DNA from: Leptogorgia sarmentosa
Lineage: Eukaryota
Direction: 5' to 3'
Assembly: GCA_964658305.1 (NCBI GenBank)
Contig: OZ210885.1
Location: 8,556,001 to 8,620,000, forward strand
DNA length: 64,000 bases
A program made the position numbers and the translations under genes. Positions 38,004 through 51,572 of this stretch are shown one piece after another. The notes under the pieces are model-generated. The model was not told where the DNA came from. It saw only the letters and a list, made by a program, of their open reading frames with translations, and searched no databases. The number at the start of each line of letters is the position of its first letter. The stretch's first letter is position 1.

Positions 38004-40788
38004 TAGAGGACAATAAAATCATATTTTTCAAAAGAAAACTAAGGAAACATTGTTGACGTGATACGAGAAAATAATCACTATTTTATTGTCTGGAAGCAAC
38101 TGCCATCGCAGCAGCGCGCGTGTAAAGCAAATCAGATAAATCTCTGACCTCTGACCTTTTTGAAATTATATACACATCGTACTGAACAAATGATCTTAAA
38201 AGAGTTAAGTCACAATGTGGCACGCTACTTCTGCGTCTTAATAAAATATCCAGTTTATTCACAGTATCAGCCAACGTTAAATTTACTTTTGTATGCCTAT
38301 ATGTTGTTTAGTTCATTTAGTATCGAAAATTCTGTAAATCCCCGGTATTTTCGGGCAAACAAACAGCCCAAGCTTTGTGATGCCGTCGACCAGTGTTGTC
38401 GAGTCGGAGACAGCGAAAACAAACACGAAAGCTATAAATGCGAAAGCTCGCAAATATGTTGCCTATCATCAACCAATTTAAAATATATGACGAGTTCTAC
38501 TGTGTTACACATTTTAGTTTGCCCGCAATGTCGGCCAACTAAATTTTTAATATAAATACGCACGGCGGCTGTTAACAGTACTAAACTGTCCATGACAAAT
38601 ACAAGTTTTCTACAGAAATGATAATAAATTCAAATCTCTAGATTCATTGCTGATATATAAAGAACATTTTAACTGTTTTATCAACGCATTCAGACATGTT
38701 GGCCACATTATATTATCATCACAGTCAGTGAATTACTGATTCACGGTCCCACTCATAGCGTCCGCCATATTGTGTAATTTCATTCCCAAAAAGTGCTGAG
38801 TTGCAATTTTTGCAAAAACTGAAATTCCGGAGGGGCGTCCGCCATTGCGTACTGTATTTCTGCGCTTCTTTGATCACATTTCACTTCTAACAAACTTTCA
38901 TATCAATGAGAACAACTGCAAATAATGATGAGCAACGATGTATAACTGCAATCGAATCATTTTTGTTCAAACATTTCAAGGATATCAGTCAAATACCGAG
39001 TTTCGCATGTCAGGAGAATTTGGGACGCTCCCCCCGGAGTTTACACTATGAATGACTGAATGATTACATGACTGATGTGAATTTTCGCCACTCATCACAA
39101 TACTGCACAAAGTTTCTTTGAAACTTTGCACTAAAAATGAAATCCTAATTTTAACATTATGTTGAAATTGGGTTAATGTCTGAGTGCGATGACTGATTAT
39201 CGACAACCAGCAAATTTTTTTTCCACTATCTACATATTAAATGATACCACAAGGTTTGACATTTTGAACAACTGGGCCCTTGGCCAGGAAATATTGTGGG
39301 AGATGAGAGACACATGGGATTATATACAATTGCATTAAGTAATCTATATATGTAGGTGACTAAAATAAAAACCATATTGGAAAACCATTGACAACAAAGA
39401 TGTTAATATGTTCACCCTCATAAAAATAATATGTGCACTTTTCCTTAACTATCAACACTGATCCTCGATCAAGGAGCATCTCATGCTTGTCGATTCTGTT
39501 ATCCGCTGGTAATACTGACCACATTCTGAAGTTTGTTACTAGACAATTAACTTACCTTAATTTATTTTATAATCTCAGGAAACTAAATGTTTTAATTATG
39601 CAGCCTTGATTCAGGTTGAAAATCAAATTTTTCACCCTCTGTATTGTTGTTCAATGATGTCAACAGCTGAACCAATCACATTTCTATAAAGAGATAAGAA
39701 AATGGGGCAGAGCCAGTGTTAATTTTGACAAGAAATCAACAATTTCATTGATGTTTCATAGACCAACTAAATGTTGTGGTCTACTTTATTGTAACATGAC
39801 CCAAACTAAAAAATCAGTCCCCCCTCCCCTTGTTCTCCCCCACCCCCCATCTATACTCTAAGATATCGGCAAAGTACACAATATATAATAAATGAGGTAA
39901 TCAATGTGAGGATTATATATACTGTAACTACCATGTTTTAGACCTGATCATGACCGGGGATGGGAAATAAAACACTTAATGTTCTTTGGCAGTATCTGTG
40001 ACAGTTTGATTTTGTTTGGGCAGTATTATATAACAACTGAGCAATAACAACCAACCATCTGCACAAATACAAGATAAATCTACATGAACTTAAAGTTATT
40101 ACTCAACAAGTGACTTCTATAGCTCGGTCGGTCAGAATGCTGGTCTGGAATCTCATGGTTACAATTCCTGACAGTCAGGTTTTATAGATTCAAACAGTTT
40201 ATAAAACTTATATCATAAGCTAACAAATCTAACAATGAAAATTAAAGTAAAATGTGCGAGAGGCAGGGGGGATTTTTCCAGTAAGTGGCAGAAAGAAACT
40301 CATGTCGATCTAGTTTGACAGTTTATGTACATGTATGCAAAATGGAATTTAAGGAATGAAAACATGTGAGCAAAAAACATGCATGATTTGTTTTGCAGTT
40401 TCAGGCCCAGTCATATTCTTTCTGCAATAAAATTAGGATTTCACATTCAATGCCTTATTTTCAATCAGCAATTCAATCCATCCAGATTGTAATCAAAATG
40501 AAAATGGACTCAATCCGGAGTGAGTTGTAACTCAATTCTGATTGATGTAGTCAAATCTAATCCAATCCCTTATCAGCCTTATGATTTCAAAACACAAATG
40601 AAATATGTAGGTCTGATCTAAATCAGGTAAACACAACCTAAATTCAATTGTCATTTGAAATTTGCACTGAAATATAACATCAGTATAGGTTGACGGTAAA
40701 TCAATATGGTTTTATAGAACTTCACTCAATGTGAAAAATTTTGAGGGGAGTTAATGTGTCTTGATATTGAGTAAAAATTATACACGTG

Positions 40789-40962
40789 CAGGGGCGCCAT
40801 GGACTGAAATGCAGCAGGGAAAGCTTTGTGGAAAGGGCACCAAAGTGTCAGAGTCAAGACCCTGTGTGGGGTTCCATAGGGTTACAGTCTTACAAATGCC
40901 ATTTCATGTGGGGTTTTTTGTTCACATGTGAATCAGTTGCCCTTGTTGCTCCAGCGCCCCTG
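40789..40962. mobile_element. hAT-like MITE
   Basis: CAGGGGCGC / GCGCCCCTG; flanks TACACGTG / TACGCATG match at 6/8. Confidence 0.6.
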
Positions 40963-41976
40963 TACGCATGAGGGATTGTTAAAATCCCAACAAGGGTCAG
41001 TTGAGAATAATTCATCAACTATAAGATTCCCTGCCAGGAAACAAACCTATGTCTGTATGATGCTGATGCTCTGCTCTGCTTTGAACACTAAGGCACACAG
41101 CACAAATAGTTGATGATTTTCCCTTTACTGTTTCTGGTTGCAATCTCAACAGGTGTACTCTATGATTTGCATTCAAAGACACAAGACATATTATTACTAA
41201 AAATCAGTACAGGTTATCTGGCAATTATCTTCCGCATTTGTGCATCATTATAGAATGCATGACATTACTGTGGACTGCACATTAACTAAATGATTTGAAC
41301 GACACAGAATCAACAAAGGCCTCTCAAATTAATGTGACAATCAATATTATCTATGACATAATAAACCCACAATAATCTAATGGCATACATGAAAATATGT
41401 TTACTTTCATATTCATCATAAATCAACAGTACTACATGACTGTATATTTTACAAGCATTTTGATTTCATCAAATGAAACAAATAAAGTGCAATACAACCA
41501 AAGTAAACACTCAAAATATTCACAACAAATTTGCCAGAAGACAGAGAAATTTCAATATAAGATTGCATCAATGTCCTTAATAAAACATACTGCAATGATC
41601 ACAAGATAATGTCTCAAGTTGAAAAAAATATAACTGACCGTAAATGAAAGTTCAAATTGTAACAATATTTACCTTGAATTGCGACTTTTCTGTGTCCGTG
41701 AAACCAAACAACGAAAGATTTTAGAACGATTTCGAATCTTGTTCGAAAGATAAGCAATAAAATTCTGTTGATGTTGTAAAATACCTTCTGAAATTCCAGC
41801 AAGAAGACTAGACGCCTCTTCTACGAAATTCCCCGACTCCCGAGCCTCAAAATAACATGACGTCATTATTGGAAGAAGTGACGACAATCTACGAAGATCT
41901 TACGAACAACAATCGGAGAGCAGGATTACAAAACTAGGTACGCAGTGAGTACATATTATCCTAGTAGCCCTACAAG

Positions 41977-42587
41977 TAGGCCCTGCCCGATTGTGCTCGG
42001 CAACTTTTTAGCAACTTTTGGCATTTCGAGCAACTTTTTCCGACTATTGCAACTTCAAGCAACATTTGCGTTTCAGGGCAACTTTGCTGCAAATTTCAGG
42101 TTTACTGTATAAATCATCAATAATTTTGCCCAAAAATTTAAAGATTCGATAAATGATAATATAAAAAAACATTTTCTGATGATAATTTATTGAAGTGTAA
42201 TGTTTCAGCCTGTCAGCGTCGGCCAGCCTTTACTTGGTAATTGATATTCTTTACTAGGGTTACCTGTGTAAGTGTTCAGCACTAGAAACAAAATGGCGTC
42301 TTCATTTTTAAACTAGCGCCTAAATAGAGGAATGGCAAATTTGCCCGCTTTGCCCGCATTTATAGTTAAAGTCATTTTAAAATATATAACCCTGACCCAA
42401 CGGTGTGAAATATGTGTGAAAATTTCGTCAACTTTAGGTATCGAGCAGGCGCAACTTTTGATGTTCAAGTAGCAACTTTTTGCTTTTTGGGCATCTTTTT
42501 AGCAACTTTTGGCATTTTAGGAAGCAACTTTTCGCATTTTAGGTGGCAACTTTCTAGGATTTTACGAGCACAATCGGGCAGGGCCTA
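41977..42587. mobile_element. hAT MITE (611 bp) with GCAACTTT subterminal repeats
   Basis: Perfect 23-bp TIR TAGGCCCTGCCCGATTGTGCTCG; perfect 8-bp TSD CCTACAAG. Confidence 0.92.
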
Positions 42588-43055
42588 CCTACAAGCCGCA
42601 CGCATGACGTAACACGCAGTAGTAAAATATGATAAGGTTGGCTAGTAAAAAATATCAGTCACTACCGCTCAAAACAAGTCGAAAAAATCAACGTCTCGTG
42701 AACAAACTTCACTAAAAAATAGCAGCCCCTACTTTGAGGGTAGTATTACTAAATATGCACAACGTTTTCTGGTAACAAAACGAGAGAAAAAGTCGGAAAA
42801 AAACGAAAGGTTTGTTTGAATTTGCCGTGTCTCGATGCTGGAAGCCTGTTGTCGTGCAAAAATTGCCGTTTGAAATGACGAATACGCGATCCTATTGGTT
42901 ATAAAAAACCCGACATAACAGCCCACCAATAGGATTGCTCCTAGTAGCAGGGGCTGCTATTTTTTAGCCAAGTTTGTTTACGAGACGTAGATTTTTTCGA
43001 CTTATTTTAAGCCGTAGTGAGTGATATTATCATTTACTTGCCAACCTATCATATT

Positions 43056-43698
43056 AGGGACCTTTCATTTAATATGTCGGAGGGGGGACCGGTAAACCTT
43101 TCATAATCTTAAACAAAATCATATAGCCCCCCCCCCTAAATATCAGAAGAAAATCGTCTGAACCTCCCCCCCCCGCAAAGGAGAGTGGAAATTGTATGAC
43201 CAACCCCCCCCCCCCCCCCCCTTACTCCCACTTAACGCAAATTTGGAAGGTGGGAGTACAAAAGGGTAATAATCGAAATTTATCTGGCTATTGCACTTTG
43301 AATATTACGATTTAATTAACTTGTAGAGAGCAAGGCCGATGAATCTCTTTGATTTCGGCGAAACGTAGAAACGACCAAGTAAATAGTTGGTCGTTTCTAC
43401 TTGGAATTTTTGCCTTCACAGCATTTGCGAATTGGCACCAGGTTGCCAATGTATTGCAATTCTGAATTTTCATCCTGTGTTATGTCATTGTAATCGATCT
43501 ACTTTTGAGATTCTGTTGGAATTAATAAAATCCTTTTTGCAAGTTTGTAGGCTGTACCAGAAATTTATATTCCCCCCCCCCCCCTCTTCACCACTTAAAA
43601 TTCTTAATGCCCTCCCCCGCCCCAATATACATTAAAAATCGTACAACCCCCCTTATATTCTTACCGCCCCCCTCCGACATATTAAATGAACGGTCTCT
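43056..43698. mobile_element. TIR MITE with poly-C tracts (Harbinger-like), nested in the right arm of the outer element
   Basis: AGGGACCTTTCATTTAATATGTCGGAGGGGGG / CCCCCCTCCGACATATTAAATGAACGGTCTCT. Confidence 0.8.
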
Positions 43699-44249
43699 TT
43701 TACTACTGAATGTTACGTCATGCGTGCGGCTTGTTGAGCTACCTATGATGTGATTGGCAATTTAAAATGTTAAAATGGGTTACATTGAATGCCTTACCCC
43801 TAAATGTTTGGAAATGACTGGAAATTTCGGGGGAAAGAACCGGATTATTTGCTTGCAGCATTTCATATCTGTTAATTGAAAAAAAAGCTACTACAAACAA
43901 CGTGATAAGAAAGGCCTGGGACAACATGATTGAAATTTTTCATTGTAGATACTTTGGACTGTTCAGGTTGCATATGATACAAGATCACTTGCTGATTCCA
44001 AACATATGAACTTCATTTGCACGGTTTCCATGGTTACTCAGCCAAATCCTTCTTTATATGTACGTCTAAAAAACTGTTACTCGAACGAAAATTCAAATAT
44101 AGTCATTGTTTATGACTAATCGTTTTCAAGTATTAGTGGATAGATTTAACAAGAATCGTAGTATATGCATCTTAACCGTTTGGGTCGCATATTTCACATC
44201 AGGCCGCTTTAAAGAATTTGAAAGTTTTCCAGTTTATAGGTATGATAAG

Positions 44250-44321
44250 AAGGAGCGGGCGGATTTGAACCACCGACCTCTCGATCTGCAGTCGAATGCT
44301 CTACCACTGAGCTACACTCCC
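44250..44321 (-). tRNA. tRNA-Cys(GCA)
   Basis: Reverse complement GGGAGTGTAGCTCAGTGGTAGAGCATTCGACTGCAGATCGAGAGGTCGGTGGTTCAAATCCGCCCGCTCCT. Confidence 0.88.
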
Positions 44322-44779
44322 TGTGTACTCTCCTGGTTAATTACGTACATATACTTTCAAACGCAGCTATCATCATTTCACGGACCTTTATTTTTTCAAT
44401 ACTATATTCAAATAGAAAATCATTCTTGGCATGTTTCATAATCTTGACACAATAAAAAACGCGACTTCTTTCCGTTGATTTTGTAGATGGAAAACTTGGA
44501 CCTTGAATCTGTCACTTTAAACACTCAGCCACCACCACCGAGAACAGAATCTCCTCTCACTGAGTTTTTCCCCAAAAAATTCATGTTTACAATTCGAGGC
44601 CAAAAGTTTAAAGACTTTGCATAACATAAATTTCAAACCGATTGCAGAAGCTTTATAACAGATGTGCCAGAATAATAATGAAGTGCAAAAACGAGCATGG
44701 TCCATCAGTTTTGGCCCGTGGACCGTGGTATTCTTGGATGGAAAACCCTTGAAGGAAAAAGGGCCCATCTAAATCATAG

Positions 44780-45177
44780 CCAGACTTATGTATAAGATTT
44801 TGCATAACATGGCACCAACAAAACTACGCGACATTCTAATTATGTCTAATAGTATTCATCACTATAATTTACCAGGGTCCGATCGACACTGCTCATTATC
44901 TTCCGCGTCCGGAAACTGAATATCGCAAAAAATGTTTTAGTTTTAGAGGACCTATAATGTGAAATTCCTTACCTGAACACGTAAGGAATAGTGAATCTCT
45001 GACCATATTTAATAATTACATTTCCAATGCCAGCCTGACTAATACCTAATAATTAACTTATATAGCTAACTGTATATTTTTTAAAGAATGTTTGTATGTA
45101 ATAGTAATTTTGTAAATAAGCACGTCCCACTTAAGTGGCTAACGTGTTGAAATAAAGTTTTACCTACCTACCTACCT
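44780..45177 (+). mobile_element. 3' end of a CR1/L2-group LINE
   Basis: Decayed ORF2 C-terminus (HYNL...LPRPETEYRKKCFSFRGPIM*NSLPEHVR), then a 3' UTR ending AATAAAGTTTT(ACCT)n. Confidence 0.65.
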
Positions 45178-45585
45178 TTGTTGGCGGAGAAAGAGAGCTG
45201 AGAAAGTCAATAGACTCGTGGAACCAGTTCTTGACGCAAAGGAATGTTAAATGGGTTTTCAACCAACCCAGATTATCTCAACACGGGGTGTCTGGGAGGC
45301 TGGGAGCGATGTATTCGTACATTAAGGAAAGTACTGAACGCAATTACGAGGGAACAAATAATGAACGAAGAACGATTGGGTACACTCATGTGCGAAGTCG
45401 AAGCGATCGTGAACGGCCGACCGATACGAAGGTATCTGACGATCCCCAAGACCTCGAAGCCCTCACACCAAATCACCTGCTGCTGCTGCGAAAGGAACCA
45501 GAATTGTCCCCTGGTATCTTCACAGAGAATGATAATTACTCACGTCGCAAGTGGAGACAAGTCCAATACCTAGCGGATGTTTTTT
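45178..45585 (+). pseudogene. BEL/Pao integrase fragment from a second family
   Basis: GGWERCIR...EVEAIVNGRP...DLEALTPNHLLL...RRKWRQVQYLADVF, with frameshifts. Confidence 0.85.
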
Positions 45586-46255
45586 CAATCCTTAACATGT
45601 GGATTGATTACTTATTACCATTAACATCAACAATCACTTATTTTCACGCCCTGGTGAGCAGACAACCCTGTGTGTTTTAGGCATCAAGAAATTGTTTGAC
45701 TGAGGGGCAATTGACAAGAAATTAACAAGGCACATTTCTACACAGACAGATATTTAAATTGAGAAGACACATATTGTAATTTGAAAGATCAATCCTATAG
45801 TGGGTCGGAGTGCCTAACCTCAGGGAGTATTGGAACATGCATGGAAAAATACCTATTCATAAAAAAGACGGTAACGAACTTCAAAGTTATTCAGAATTAG
45901 GCATTTGAGAGTTATAAGATAAACAAAGGCAGCTGAGCACTCAGTTGGCTCCACAAATTCTGGATATGGGATAATTTGCAAACGGGCAGCTCTAAATTCA
46001 GGAGAGAAGAAGTCGTCATCAAGTTCAAGTAGTCCTAATTGTTCTGCAACAGTGCAACTTCATGCTTACAAACCAAATTAAAGATGTAAATCACTAATGT
46101 AAAATAAAATATACAGTTAAATCTTCCAGGTTGCTTAATCCATTAGGCTGCAGAGCTTCCCCATTGACCAGTAAAATCGTCTGGCATTAGACAAGTAAAA
46201 AATAGGTATCATCGTCAAGGAGTAACATCCCCACAGCACAGCATAATTATAAGGG

Positions 46256-49200
46256 TGTTAGCAGCATGCATAGCTTGATATAATAACCATATACATTGGA
46301 TACTTGATGTAGTTGGAAGTGTTATGTATCGTTAACATGTGACGAATGGTCTCTCTGTTCTTGTACTGATTTCTTATGTATTTTACTGTTCATATTGTTG
46401 ATATTAAATCGCTCAACATCAAAGAATGTCCGATATAACATTTTAATAGGTTATGGGCCCAGGACACTCTAATATGTCTCTGAAGCGTAATTTTATTTGT
46501 TTGGAAGCGTATGGCTTGAAACAATACGAACATTTATCGATGAACTAAACATGGCGACATCGAGGGATTTTTACTTAAACTTACTAAGTTAAATGGAGAA
46601 AATTATAGAGATTGGGCATTTAACATGCGTCTCTATCTTGAGAGTATGGATTTGTTTGGTCATGCTGATGGATCGATCGAGAATCCTGATGAAGAAGCGT
46701 CTGAACAGGTGAGGCAAGCATTTAGGTCAGCCTCGAAGAAAGCCTGGACGTACATCTGCCTAGCAGTGGAACCCGAACAACAAATTCATGTAAGAGATAC
46801 GAGTACAGCCAAGGAAGCATGGGACGCCCTGAAACATCAGTTTGCAAGAGTCTCCGTATCGCAAATTGTAAGATTACGTCAGCAATATTATTCATGTCGA
46901 TCTAAAAGTGGTGATAGTATGCTAGATCATATCAATCGCATTAAATCTCTCCACGACCAGTTGAGGGAGATGGGTATTGAGTATAATGATAAAGAATTGG
47001 CAATGACATTGCTCGCAAGTTTGCCTGAAAGCTACAACTCACTTATTACTGCTTTGGATGCAGTAGGAGAAGACACATTGACCTACCAGAAGGTGAAAGG
47101 AATGTTGCTGAACGATGCTGCGAGAATCTCAGTCACAAAGAAAGATGAGGATGCGTATACTATGCAACGGCCGTACAATAAAAGAGGATTTAAGCCAAAG
47201 GACCAAGGCAAGACTGAAAACCCAAACCAGAATTCATTTCGAGGAACTTGCCATTCATGCAAGAAGAGAGGACACTTTGCTCGAGATTGCCCACAACGTA
47301 AGAACAATCCCAGTAATTCCAACAAAGGTAAAAGTTCAATTCATTGCACTGCAGAAGAGCCGTGTGACCAAGATGATGCTGATGAAATAGCCCTGTTTGT
47401 AACTGGTGATGAAAATCACAGTGGTTGGATTATTGATTCGGGAGCGACTCAACACATGACTTATGAACGAGACAGTTTATCTGAGTACGTGGAATTCAAG
47501 AGACCGTGCAAGGTAAATTTAGGAGATAATCGAGTGATTTTAGCCTATGGAAAAGGAACATACCGGCTATCCACTGATTTGAATGGATCGAGTCAGAAAA
47601 TTGCTTTGAAGAATGTGCTTTATTTACCGGAGCTGAAGAGGAACTTGTTATCAGTTCAAGCCATGAGTAAATTAGGAGCAACTGTCGTGTTTAAAGGAGA
47701 TGAATGCAGAATTTCCATGGATTCAAGATTAGTTGGAATAGGAATAATGCATGGAAAGTTGTACATGCTTAAAGTTGTCTTGGAGGAATATGTGAATGTT
47801 GTGAAGAGTGATCCCAATATGGAACTATGGCACTGTCGATTTGGACATTTGGGGATGGATAACGTTTCCAAACTACTAAACAGTAGGATGGTGGAAGGGA
47901 TGTCTGGTGCGAAGGACGGTGATATGTCTGATGTATGTGAAGCATGCGTTCAGGGAAAGCAGCACCGTTCACCATATCCTAAGAAGAGCTCCAATAAAGC
48001 AACTGAATTATTCGAAACAGTTCACAGTGATGTATGTGGTCCTATGGGTGTAAAATCATTTGGGAAATCGCAGTATTTTGTTACATTCATTGATGAATAT
48101 TCAAGATATACGGAAGTGTATTTCCTGAAAAGTAAAGATGAAGTAATGGAAAAGTTCAAGCAGTATGTGAATCAAGTGGAAAAGTTGGGCAAACGGGTGA
48201 AGAACCTTCGGTCGGATAATGGTGGAGAGTACTGCTCCAAAGCATTTGATGAATATTTAAAGGCAAAGGGAATAACACATCAAACAACTGTTCCATATTG
48301 TCCAGAACAAAACGGCATTGCGGAAAGAATGAACCGGACTCTAGTCGAAGCCGCTCGTTCAATGATGTTTCATGCGGGTATGCCCAAAGAGTTTTGGGCA
48401 GAAGCAATTCACACAGCTTCATATGTTCACAATCGCAGTCCGACGAGTTCACTAAAGGAAGTCACGCCATATGAGAGAATGTTTGGTCAGAAACCGGATG
48501 TATCCAATTTGAGAGTTTTTGGTTGCATTGCTTTTAAGCATATCCCCGATGCTAAGCGAAGGAAATTGGACAAAAAGTCGTCCAAGTGTGTGTTTGTAGG
48601 ATATCCGGAAGGAACTAAGGGCTACAAACTGTACGACCTGGAGAAGAAATCATTTGTTCGCAGTCGAGACATTGTGTTTCAGGAAAGAACCTTTCATGAT
48701 TTTAAATTGAAGGAGAACTCGGAGTTCTATCACGAAGACAATCGTAATCCTGAAAGTTCCGAAATTGATGCTATTATTGATCCGAATGACCATAATGAAG
48801 AAATCGTGAATGATGGTGTGGAAATTGTCCCTCCAGTACAGTGTAACCGTCCAGTGGGAGCGACGTTCGAGGATAATTTTATGCGAGAAGTGGAGAACCT
48901 TAATCCACAACGACAAAGAAGACCTCCGCGAAGGTATGATGATGAAGTGTACAACTGCACAGAAGATCTTACCGCAGACATTAATGAACCAAGTAACCTT
49001 ACTGAAGCATTCCATGGAAAGAATAGTGCTGAGTGGAAGAAAGCTGCAGAATCCGAATATAAGTCACTGATTGACAATCATACCTGGGATCTTGTCCCTC
49101 CACCGAAAGACAAGAACGTAATTGGGGGCAAATGGGTATTCAAAGTCAAGAGAAACGTGGATGGAACTGTCCAAAGGTTCAAGGGAAGATTGGTTGCACA

Positions 49201-50812
49201 AGGATACGCTCAATCGCCAGGGATCGATTAATATGATGAAGTTTTCGCACCTGTTGTTCGTTACACCTCTATACGTTCACTACTTGCTGTAGCCAACATT
49301 TGTAACTGGGAGATACATCAAATGGATGTGAAGACCGCGTTCTTGCAAGGAGATTTGGATGATGAGATTTATATGAAACAACCAAGTGGTTTCGTTGATC
49401 CAGAAAGACCAGATCACGTCTGAAAGCTGAACAAGGGGATATATGGGTTGAAGCAAGCAGCTAGATGTTGGAACAACTCTATCAATAGCTATCTACTGTC
49501 TCATGGTTACAAGAAGTCTACTGCAGACACTTGTGTTTACATCAAAACCATTACGTCTAAGGACGGTGCAATTCATTTGGTGATTATCGCAGTTTATGTG
49601 GATGATATGATAATTGTCTCAAACAACACAGGAATGATGAAGAAAGAAAAAGAAGAGATTGCTACGAAGTTTCAAGTAGAGGATTTAGGAGAAGTGCATT
49701 ATGTGGTTGGTATGCATATTATACGCAATCGGGAGCGTCGTACCATATCAATCAACCAACGAAAGTACCTAGAAGGAGTGATAAAGAAGTTCGACATGGA
49801 AAATTGCAAGTCAGTTTCAACGCTATTAGAACTTGGAAGAAAGTATGAAGAATTGGGAAAGGAAGACGAACAATTTGATACACGCAAGTACCAAAGAGCA
49901 ATTGGATGTTTAACCTACGCTGCAACAATTAGTAGACCTGACTTATCAATCGCAGTCAGTATTTTATCAAAGTTCATGTCTAATCCTAGAGTGGAACATT
50001 GGAAAGGTGTGAAACGTGTTCTACGCTATGTTAAAGGAACATTAGACTATGGTCTTTTATATTCAGCTAACAATTCAAGTACGACATTGACGGGATACAC
50101 AGATGCAGATTGGGCAGGAGATTTGTCAACACGTAGATCAACTACTGGTTATGTATTTCAGATACAAGGGAGTACTACAAGCTGGTGCAGTAAACGACAA
50201 GGATGTGTGGCTAGATCTACAACCGAAGCCGAATACATTGCTTTGAGTACAGCGAGCCAGGAAGCGATATGGTTAAGAAGATTGCTTGAAAGTGTGTTAA
50301 AGAAACAAGCCAAGCCTACCGTGCTGTATGAAGATAACCAAGGAACAATCGAACTGACGAAGAATCCCAAGTTTCATAACCGTACGAAACATATTGATAT
50401 AGCGTATCATTATGCAAGGGAACAAGTCGAAAAGAAGAATATATCTGTCGAATATTGCAGAACCGAAAATATGCTGGCAGATGTGATGACCAAGGGACTA
50501 TCGAAGGTTCAATTTGAGAAATTCCGAGACATGTTAGGACTCGTTAAGATTTAGTGACAATTAGATACTATTTAAAGAATTACTATAGTTATGTTCATCA
50601 TATGATTATTAAGTGGGAGTGTTAGCAGCATGCATAGCTTGATATAATAACCATATACATTGGATACTTGATGTAGTTGGAAGTGTTATGTATCGTTAAC
50701 ATGTGACGAATGGTCTCTCTGTTCTTGTACTGATTTCTTATGTATTTTACTGTTCATATTGTTGATATTAAATCGCTCAACATCAAAGAATGTCCGATAT
50801 AACATTTTAATA
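46256..50812 (+). mobile_element. Full-length Ty1/Copia LTR retrotransposon
   Basis: Identical 193-bp LTRs (46256-46448 and 50620-50812), AAGGG TSD, PBS GGTTATGGGCCCAG, PPT AAGTGGGAG, domain order gag-PR-IN-RT-RNaseH. Confidence 0.97.
46551..50554 (+). pseudogene. Copia gag-pol with a 5' frameshift and two in-frame stops in RT
   Basis: Knuckle CHSCKKRGHFARDC, WIIDSGAT, LWHCRFGH, HSDVCGP, RSDNGGEY, YVDD, YTDADWAG. TAA at 49229-49231 and TGA at 49421-49423. Confidence 0.93.
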
Positions 50813-51230
50813 AAGGGGCGGAATGCAACGATATTTGTTGGCTTGACAAATGTGGAGGCTTTGCGACTGGCATGAAGGCACAATAAAACAGGATGTTTCC
50901 GTCATGATATGACATTCCAAGACGAGGCAATTAGAAATAATCTGCAGGTTCTTTAAAAATTGAATATATAATAATTGGTCTAGTTTTGTTCGCAAGATTT
51001 CATTGGTATTCACACTTAGTTAAATACTTTGATTATAACTTTGATCACAGAAATCCCGGATGTTGGATATCAGTCATTCCTTGAGATATGCGTAAAATAT
51101 GGAAAAGGACTTCTGAAAGAACGGCGAGCCATGGCAAAAGACTTGAAAGAAAAGCCAAGATTCAAGGCATCATACATTAAATGTCTGTACGGTATTGAAG
51201 TTCAAGATCGAATTGCTCTTTTGAGTCAGA

Positions 51231-51572
51231 GGCCTACTCTAGGGTCCAAGATCGCCGCGATTAATTGCGATATTAGGGAAAAATGCCAAAATTCAAGGCG
51301 ATCTGGAGCGTTCTTACGCGATCTTGGGCGATCTTTGGCGATAGTAGGCCATCTTAGGCAATCTTGGGCGATTTTAGGCAATATTGGGTGATATTATGTA
51401 AGGTTTATTCAGACCCCCTATTAAGTCCAGAATGCTTATTTCTTTGTATGTAATATATGTCGATCATAGGCAATCGTGAGCAATTTTAGGCGTTCTCAGA
51501 CGATCTCAGACGATCTTAGGCGATTTTAGGCGATCTCAGGCCAAATTTAGGCAATCTGGCACTGGAGTAGGC
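51231..51572. mobile_element. TIR element filled with degenerate ~11-bp GGCGATCTTAG repeats
   Basis: GCCTACTCTAG / CTGGAGTAGGC termini and many internal tandem units. Confidence 0.55.

Larger units (their letters stand above)
41965..43741. mobile_element. Outer TIR element (TAG...CTA termini, ~170-bp TIRs) carrying two nested MITEs
   Basis: After removing the inserts, left arm TAGCCCTACAAGCCGCACGCATGACGTAAC...AATAGCAGCCCCT pairs with right arm GGGGCTGCTATT...GTTACGTCATGCGTGCGGCTTGTTGAGCTA. Confidence 0.7.

Noticed and set aside
49229..49423. Programmed stop-codon readthrough in the Copia pol
   Set aside because: There are two stops inside conserved RT motifs, not at a gag/pol or pol/env boundary, so they look like lesions.
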